From Patescibacteria group bacterium (GTDB lineage: Bacteria > Patescibacteriota > Minisyncoccia > Phycocordibacterales > UBA9973): a DNA stretch of 64,000 nt. The position numbers were made by a program, and so were the translations under genes. The stretch is from the NCBI GenBank assembly GCA_028868715.1, contig JAGWUB010000001.1:119206-183205 (forward strand), in the 5' to 3' direction. The notes beneath the pieces are model-generated. The model was given only the letters and a program-made list of their open reading frames with translations. It made no database searches and was not told where the DNA came from. Shown in pieces: positions 57,774 through 64,000 of this stretch; the first letter of the stretch is position 1; every line of letters starts with the position of its first letter.

Positions 57774-58613
57774 ATGAAAACGTACAAACCTACAAGTAAA
57801 TCCAGAAGGCAAATGACGAATATCAAATATCGTGATATTTTGACGACTTCGACACCTACTAAATCATTGACTCACGGATTCAGACGTTCTGTCGGAAGAA
57901 ATAGCCAAGGACGTATCACCATGCGACACAAGGGTGGCGGACACAAGCGTCTTTTCAGAGAAGTAGACTTTTTATATAACAAGCAAGATATCCCAGCCAA
58001 AATAAAATCGATTGAATATGATCCAAACCGTTCAGCTTTTATCGGCCTAGCTGTCTACAAAGACGGTGAGAAAAGATACGTAATATTGCCAAAATCTGTA
58101 AAACCCGGTGACTCTTTTGTCGTTTCTGAAAAAGCTCCACTTACAGCTGGCAACCGACTACCTTTAAAAAATATCCCAGTTGGAACCTTTATTTATAATA
58201 TTGAAATAAAACCGAGAGGAGGTGCCAAGATCGGCCGCAGTGCTGGAATCTTTGCCCAAGTGGTTGCTAACGACAAAGGATATACAAATATCAAAATGCC
58301 TTCATCTGAAGTTAGAAGGATAAACGAAAATTGCTTTGCTTCAATCGGAACTGTCTCTAACGAAGAACACTTTTTGGAAAATTATGGAAAAGCTGGTAGA
58401 AGTCGCTGGAAGGGAATCCGTCCGACAGTCCGAGGTAGTGCCATGAACCCAGTAGACCATCCATACGGAGGTGGAGAGGGCAGACAAGGCCGAGGTACCA
58501 AGCGTCCAAAAACTATGTGGGGTAAAGTCACTGGTGGTAGAAAAACCCGCAGTCCTAAAAAGTATTCTAACGTATTTATCGTCTCTCGCCGCAAGGTTGG
58601 TAAGAAGAAATAG
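57774..58613 (+). CDS. rplB: 50S ribosomal protein L2
   Basis: GRNSQGRIT.RH.GGGHKR, IEYDPNRSA, VRGSAMNPVDHPYGGG. Confidence 0.98.
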   Translation: MKTYKPTSKSRRQMTNIKYRDILTTSTPTKSLTHGFRRSVGRNSQGRITMRHKGGGHKRLFREVDFLYNKQDIPAKIKSIEYDPNRSAFIGLAVYKDGEKRYVILPKSVKPGDSFVVSEKAPLTAGNRLPLKNIPVGTFIYNIEIKPRGGAKIGRSAGIFAQVVANDKGYTNIKMPSSEVRRINENCFASIGTVSNEEHFLENYGKAGRSRWKGIRPTVRGSAMNPVDHPYGGGEGRQGRGTKRPKTMWGKVTGGRKTRSPKKYSNVFIVSRRKVGKKK

Positions 58614-58728
58614 TTATACACATTTTCTATTGTATATATTCTCATATGTGGTATAAACATAAACGGATGAGGATGCAGTTTATTCTCTTGTGATCAAGGG
58701 GTGTGATGGAAATCAATATTGGAGGAAA

Positions 58729-58902
58729 ATGATGTCATCGTTCAAGAACCAGCTTAAGAGAGCGCTTAGACGTGCGGGAATTCACGCAAAAAACCCCAAG
58801 AAAAAGAGACGAGCACTAGCTTGTCATAGGACCGATCAACCAGATCTTGATCGGATCCAGGAAAGAAAAGAAGAGATCGAGGCAAGAACCTCGCTCGACT
58901 GA
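58729..58902 (+). CDS. Small basic orphan protein
   Basis: GGAGG SD before ATG 58729; downstream hairpin GGCCGGTTGCTT-AT-AAGCAACCGGCC. Confidence 0.5.
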   Translation: MMSSFKNQLKRALRRAGIHAKNPKKKRRALACHRTDQPDLDRIQERKEEIEARTSLD

Positions 58903-58976
58903 TCGGCATCGGCCGGTTGCTTATAAGCAACCGGCCACCACTATTTTTAGCCACTATTTTTTGATATACTACCTCT

Positions 58977-59759
58977 ATGACATGGGCGCTAAAAAGACAA
59001 ATTTTATATATACTAATTCTAGTTTTATTTTTCTCGGGCATTGGATTTTTAATAATTTACCCGCAAATAACCAAAGCTCCATCCTGCTTTGACGGTAAAC
59101 AAAATGGCACAGAGACGGGGGTGGACTGCGGAGGTTCATGTGTCAAAGCCTGCTTAAATCAAGTAGATCAACTTTCTGTTATTTGGTCTCGTATTTTTAG
59201 AGTTGTCCCGGGGCGCTACAATGCCGTGGCATATGTGGTTAATCATAATAAAAACACAGCCATTGAAAAAATAAATTACCGATTTCGCTTTGCCGATCAG
59301 AATAATATTTATATCGGTAAACGTGATGGTAGCACTTACGTACCACCGACTGGAGCGTTTGCAGTATTTGAGCCGGCGATTGATTTAGGTAGCTCTGTAC
59401 CGGTTTATGTTACTTTTGAGTTTACTGAAGTTCCTAATTGGGTTTTTGTATCAGAGCAGAAAATTAATCAAATTAAAGTACTTGTTTCCAATCACGAGCT
59501 TACAGGGGCAGATAGTAGTCCAAGGTTGTCTGCCACTATAAAAAACAATTCATTATTTTCAATTCCAAATGTAAACGTTATCGCAATTCTTTACGATGCT
59601 TCCCACAACGCGGTGTCGGTCAGCCGTACTTACGTAGATATGCTTAATCAGCAAGAATCCAAAGATATCAATTTCACTTGGCCAGAACCATTCGGAAGTT
59701 CTGTAGTTGCCGAAGAAATAATTCCTATCTACGATATTTTTCTTGCAAAGCTTAAATAA
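58977..59759 (+). CDS. Membrane-anchored protein with Cys-rich C.DG.QNG.ETGVDCGG.C motif
   Basis: N-terminal TM helix, CFDGKQNGTETGVDCGGSCVKAC, C-terminal ILYD beta domain. Confidence 0.7.
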   Translation: MTWALKRQILYILILVLFFSGIGFLIIYPQITKAPSCFDGKQNGTETGVDCGGSCVKACLNQVDQLSVIWSRIFRVVPGRYNAVAYVVNHNKNTAIEKINYRFRFADQNNIYIGKRDGSTYVPPTGAFAVFEPAIDLGSSVPVYVTFEFTEVPNWVFVSEQKINQIKVLVSNHELTGADSSPRLSATIKNNSLFSIPNVNVIAILYDASHNAVSVSRTYVDMLNQQESKDINFTWPEPFGSSVVAEEIIPIYDIFLAKLK

Positions 59760-59763
59760 TTAA

Positions 59764-60894
59764 ATGGCAGAAAAGGCTCTCAAAAGAATAGACTGGTTGT
59801 TGGTTATTTTTATCCTTCCGATAATTGCTGCCGGACTCGTAACCATGAAATCCTTTACTCCACTAGAATCGACGGCAGATTTTTTTGGTAAACAAATTAT
59901 CTGGGTTCTAATATCTTTTGCCGTATTTTTTATATTTTCTTTTATTGACTTTCGTTTTTTAAAACGTACAGAGGTATTAGTATTTTTATTTTTATTCCTT
60001 TCTTTACTTTTATTTATCCTTATTATCATTGGGCATATTTCTCATGGGCACAAAAGTTGGTTTAATTTCGGCTTCTTTTCATTTCAGCCAGTGGATACGA
60101 TGAAATTAGTTTTGGTCTTAATTTTAGCTAAATATTTCTCCCGTCGGCATGTGGAAATTCGAGACATTAAACATATTTTTATTTCTGGATTTTACGCTCT
60201 AGTACCTCTGGTTTTAGTTTTACTCCAGCCGGACTTTGGCTCTGCAATGATTGTAATGTGCATCTGGTTCGGGATGATATTAGTTTCCGGAATCTCTAAA
60301 GTGCATTTGTTTTTGGTGCTTACTTCTGGAGCAATGATTTTCATCATGCTCTGGGCTTTTGTTTTTGCTCCATACCAGAAAGCTCGAATTTATAATTTCG
60401 TTAATCCCTTGGCAGATATTCATGGGACAGGCTACAACGTCTTTCAATCAACCATCGCTGTCGGTTCAGGACAGCTGACTGGTAAAGGCTTGGGCTTTGG
60501 AACTCAGTCAAGATTAAAATTTTTACCAGTACCCCAATCGGATTTTATTTTCGCTGCATACTCAGAAGAGTGGGGCTTCATTGGCTCATTTCTGATACTC
60601 ATACTATATTGTCTGGTAATTTGGCGGATTCTCTATTTGGCTTCTTTGGGTGCTTCTAATTTTGAAATACTTTTCGGCATGGGAATTGCTATTTTTTTCA
60701 TGAGTCATATTCTTATAAATGTCGGTATGAATCTGGGAATTTTGCCGGTGACTGGTATTCCTCTGCCATTTATGAGTTATGGTGGTTCACACTTACTGAC
60801 TGAATTTGCAGGTTTGGGCATCTTGATGAGCATGCGCAGATATGTGAGAACGGCGCATAGAGATAAAATGCACAATGAATTTTTCGGAATGTAA
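59764..60894 (+). CDS. rodA: Rod shape-determining protein RodA (SEDS family)
   Basis: FQP..MK, LQPDFGSA, GYNV.QS.IAVGSG, DFIF..EEWG, TGIPLPFMSYGGS. Confidence 0.92.
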   Translation: MAEKALKRIDWLLVIFILPIIAAGLVTMKSFTPLESTADFFGKQIIWVLISFAVFFIFSFIDFRFLKRTEVLVFLFLFLSLLLFILIIIGHISHGHKSWFNFGFFSFQPVDTMKLVLVLILAKYFSRRHVEIRDIKHIFISGFYALVPLVLVLLQPDFGSAMIVMCIWFGMILVSGISKVHLFLVLTSGAMIFIMLWAFVFAPYQKARIYNFVNPLADIHGTGYNVFQSTIAVGSGQLTGKGLGFGTQSRLKFLPVPQSDFIFAAYSEEWGFIGSFLILILYCLVIWRILYLASLGASNFEILFGMGIAIFFMSHILINVGMNLGILPVTGIPLPFMSYGGSHLLTEFAGLGILMSMRRYVRTAHRDKMHNEFFGM

Positions 60895-60898
60895 TTAT

Positions 60899-61744
60899 AT
60901 GCAAATAATTAATGGGAAAAAAATAGCTGAAGAAATTTTAACTAAAATAAAAAGTGAAGTGGCAACCCTGCCATTTACTCCAGTTTTTTGCGATATATTA
61001 GTTGGCGAGGATCCATCTTCTGTCCAATATGTCAAAATGAAGGCCAACGCCGCTACTTCAGTCGGCATTAAGTTTCACACAGCAAATTTTCCTAGCGCCA
61101 TCACTACAGATGAATTAGTTAAAGAAATAAAGCTCTTAAATAAAATAGAAAATATGTGCGGAATCATTGCTCAGCTTCCCTTAGAAGAACACATAGACAA
61201 GAGAGCGATTCTCGATGCCATCAGTCCAGACTTAGATGTAGATTGTTTAGGGGTGGTAGCTAGTAATAAATTTTACGACGGGGAAAATGCTTTAGGGTTT
61301 CCTTCGGCAATGGCTTGTATGACTGTTTTAGATTCTTTAAATTTAGATTTGAAAAATAAAAATATAGTTGTGCTGGGGCAGGGTGATTTGGTGGGGAGGC
61401 CAGTAACAGCGCTTTTGAAGTTTAGAGGACTAGATCCAAAGATAATTAGAAGTAAAACTGAAGGTCGGGAGAAGCTAATTAAGGATGCAGATGTTATAAT
61501 TTCTGGCATCGGCAAGGGTAAATATATAACTGGCGACATGGTCAAAGATGGAGCGGTGTTGATAGACGCTGGAACATCTGAATCAAATGGTAGTATTGTA
61601 GGGGATATTGACTTGGAGTCAGTAAAAGAAATAGCTGGTTTTATTTCTCCGGTTCCGGGTGGCGTAGGTCCGGTGACAGTGGCCACTTTACTTAATAACG
61701 TATTAATAGTCGCTAAAAATCTTAATAAAAATAAACATGAATAA
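60899..61744 (+). CDS. folD: Bifunctional methylenetetrahydrofolate dehydrogenase/cyclohydrolase
   Basis: INGK.IA, YV.MK, QLPL, DVD, IDAG, SPVPGGVGPVT. Confidence 0.93.
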   Translation: MQIINGKKIAEEILTKIKSEVATLPFTPVFCDILVGEDPSSVQYVKMKANAATSVGIKFHTANFPSAITTDELVKEIKLLNKIENMCGIIAQLPLEEHIDKRAILDAISPDLDVDCLGVVASNKFYDGENALGFPSAMACMTVLDSLNLDLKNKNIVVLGQGDLVGRPVTALLKFRGLDPKIIRSKTEGREKLIKDADVIISGIGKGKYITGDMVKDGAVLIDAGTSESNGSIVGDIDLESVKEIAGFISPVPGGVGPVTVATLLNNVLIVAKNLNKNKHE

Positions 61745-62261
61745 TAATATTTTTTTCTTTTTTTATAATTTCGCACATCAATCAGCTTGGCTAGATAACT
61801 GTATAATTTTTCTGGCTGTCTATTTACCTTATATAGTAGTAGTTTTAGCTATGATCTTTTTGCTGATGCATCATGAAGTTTTTAAAGCCGACAATACCTT
61901 TCAGGTTTTTCTCCAAAAGAAAAAAGAAATATTTGGTGCATTTATTGTTGGAGTGATAACTTGGGCTTTAGCATATATTTTAAAAATTTTGGTGCACACT
62001 TCCAGACCTTTTGATATTTTACCCCAGGTACATTCACTTTTCCCTGAAACAGGGCATGCTTTTCCGTCAGGACACGCCACTTTCTTTATGGCCCTAGCGG
62101 TGGCAATATTTTTCTATCACAAAAAAGCTGGCTACTTATTTATGTTTCTTGCTTTGCTCATCGGGATTGCTCGTATTGCAGGCGGAGTGCATTTTCCAAT
62201 TGATATTTTAGGTGGATTCATCCTCGGAGCTCTAGTTGCTTATTTTATGAAAAATGTATAG
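61737..62261 (+). CDS. PAP2-family phosphatase (undecaprenyl-diphosphatase-like)
   Basis: K....RP, FPSGHA, ARI.GGVHFP.DI.GG. Confidence 0.9.
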   Translation: MNNNIFFFFYNFAHQSAWLDNCIIFLAVYLPYIVVVLAMIFLLMHHEVFKADNTFQVFLQKKKEIFGAFIVGVITWALAYILKILVHTSRPFDILPQVHSLFPETGHAFPSGHATFFMALAVAIFFYHKKAGYLFMFLALLIGIARIAGGVHFPIDILGGFILGALVAYFMKNV

Positions 62262-62276
62262 AATATCGTTGTATTT

Positions 62277-63656
62277 ATGATTAAAAAATTAATTTTAGCC
62301 ATTATAATCCTTTTACTAGGCGCCAGCGTTGCCTTTTTTGTTTACAAAACTGAACCAAGACTAAACAAGAATTTTGAGACTCAAAAAGCATTTTTTAAGA
62401 AATTTCCTTTTCGTCTAGGATTGGATCTTTCGGGTGGTAGTCACTTGATATACAAAGCCGATGTCAGCGGTGTTCCTGCTGGCCAGGTGGCAGACTCTAT
62501 GGATGCGCTTCGCGATATTATCGAACGCAGAGTAAATCTTTTCGGGGTTTCTGAACCAGTAGTCCAAATACAACACGGCAGTGTAATTTCTGGTGCGGGG
62601 GAGCAATTGATAGTTGATCTTCCGGGGGTGACCGACGTCAATAAAGCAATTGAAATGATAGGGCAGACACCACTTTTGGAATTTAAAGTTGAAAGACCAA
62701 AAGATCAGCCAATAAAAATAACAAGTGCCAATATTGGCAAAGATGGCAAAGTAGACGTAGGAACTCTAAACTTAGGGCAACAATACGTTGCTACTGAACT
62801 TACTGGTAGATACCTCCAGAAGGCAACCTTGGAATTTGATCAAAATACTCGGGAGCCAAGAGTGAGCTTGCAATTTGATGATGTTGGTACAAAACTTTTT
62901 GCGCAAATTACCAAAGACAATATCGGAAAAACTGTAGCCATTTACTTGGATGGAGCACCTATCTCTACACCAGTAGTGCGGGAACAAATTCCAAACGGCC
63001 AGGCGGTTATCTCTGGGAGCTTTACTCCGACTGAGGCAAGAACTCTAGTGGGTCGGCTTAATTCTGGAGCACTACCTGTGCCGATATCCCTACTTTCTAC
63101 CCAAACTATCGGAGCTACTTTAGGTGATAGCGCTGTCCACGCCGGAGTTAAAGCGACAATTATCGGATTCTTACTCGTGGCGCTATTCTTGATTCTTTGG
63201 TATCGCTTACCTGGCTTGGTGGCCACTGTCTCTCTTTCTATTTTCATTGCAATAATTTTGGCGTTGTTTAAATTGATGCCAGTGACTTTGACAGCTGCCG
63301 GTATAGCAGGATTTATAATTTCAATAGGCATAGCTGTGGATGCCAATGTCTTGATTTTTGAAAGAATTAAAGAGGAGTTACGTTCTGGGAGAACCATAAA
63401 TGATTCAGTAAAATTTGGATTTTCTAGAGCTTGGTTTTCTATTCGGGATTCAAATATTTCAAACTTCATCACCGCAGTTATTCTTTTTTGGTTTGGAACA
63501 TCACTCATCAAGGGTTTCGCGTTGACACTTGGAATGGGAGTTATCGTATCCATGTTTAGTGCCATTACCATCACTAGAATTTTCTTAGGAACCCTAGGCT
63601 TTATTGGAGAGGGTAAGGTCGCTAAATTTTTATTCGGAAGCGGACTTAGTAAATAA
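62277..63656 (+). CDS. secD: Protein translocase subunit SecD
   Basis: LGLDLSGG, RRVN.FGVSEP, GALP, AVDANVLIFERIKEE, IRDSN. Confidence 0.96.
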   Translation: MIKKLILAIIILLLGASVAFFVYKTEPRLNKNFETQKAFFKKFPFRLGLDLSGGSHLIYKADVSGVPAGQVADSMDALRDIIERRVNLFGVSEPVVQIQHGSVISGAGEQLIVDLPGVTDVNKAIEMIGQTPLLEFKVERPKDQPIKITSANIGKDGKVDVGTLNLGQQYVATELTGRYLQKATLEFDQNTREPRVSLQFDDVGTKLFAQITKDNIGKTVAIYLDGAPISTPVVREQIPNGQAVISGSFTPTEARTLVGRLNSGALPVPISLLSTQTIGATLGDSAVHAGVKATIIGFLLVALFLILWYRLPGLVATVSLSIFIAIILALFKLMPVTLTAAGIAGFIISIGIAVDANVLIFERIKEELRSGRTINDSVKFGFSRAWFSIRDSNISNFITAVILFWFGTSLIKGFALTLGMGVIVSMFSAITITRIFLGTLGFIGEGKVAKFLFGSGLSK

Positions 63657-63668
63657 TTTTAAATTGTT

Positions 63669-64000
63669 ATGTTTATTATAAAACACAAAAAAATATTTAT
63701 CGGCATATCCATTGGTTTGGTTGTTTTGTCACTTCTTTCTTTTTTTGTATTTGGACTAAACGTCGGAATTGATTTCAAGGGCGGTGCTCTCTCAGAAGTT
63801 GTTTACGGAGGTCCACGTCCGGCCCAAGCTGATTTAAACCAATCTCTAAAAACTTTGAACTTTGGAACCATCCTTCTCCAACCAACTGGAGACAAGGGCT
63901 ATATTGTAAAGACTAGAGACTTGAGCACTTCCGAGCATGCCCTACTACTTGAAACTCTTTCCCAAAAAGGCTTAAATCCGCTTACGGAGACAAATTTTGA
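63669..64000 (+). CDS. secF: Protein translocase subunit SecF (partial, runs off the window)
   Basis: Manual translation MFIIKHKKIFIGISIGLVVLS...GLNVGIDFKGG; follows secD. Confidence 0.9.
   Translation, partial: MFIIKHKKIFIGISIGLVVLSLLSFFVFGLNVGIDFKGGALSEVVYGGPRPAQADLNQSLKTLNFGTILLQPTGDKGYIVKTRDLSTSEHALLLETLSQKGLNPLTETNF

Noticed and set aside
62942-63574. 210-aa minus-strand ORF and similar antisense ORFs throughout the track
   Set aside because: Shadows of well-supported genes on the opposite strand (here secD).
1-64000. Alternative genetic code (TGA read as Gly or Trp, as in Gracilibacteria/Absconditabacteria)
   Set aside because: Long conserved genes translate intact under the standard code and TGA serves as a stop (for example zwf, tsaC, folD).

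Overview
64 kb of AT-rich, gene-dense bacterial chromosome read in the standard code, most consistent with a Patescibacteria/CPR genome (Parcubacteria, Nomurabacteria-like). The supporting signs are short, streamlined housekeeping proteins, core genes without Shine-Dalgarno sites, rplK not followed by rplA, and a tRNA-Arg(GCG). The window holds a DNA repair/recombination cluster (ruvC, ruvB, polA, holA-like, uvrB, uvrA, uvrC, mutM, ruvA), type IV pilus genes, zwf-gnd, thyA-folA-dcd, secE-nusG-rplK, split str/S10 ribosomal operons, rodA, folD, secD-secF and seven tRNAs. No transposase, integrase or CRISPR array is visible. The standout signal is a set of short (about 85-115 bp) hairpin-bounded insertion elements. 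Four are inserted in frame in polA, uvrB and uvrC (twice) and two are intergenic. They fall into three core families. Their outer arms are copy-specific inverted repeats that appear to be inverted copies of the adjacent host sequence, not direct target-site duplications. Secondary signals: a candidate structured ncRNA between pilB and ruvB, orphan single-gene cassettes with strong SD sites that interrupt conserved operons, and a minimised UvrABC system.
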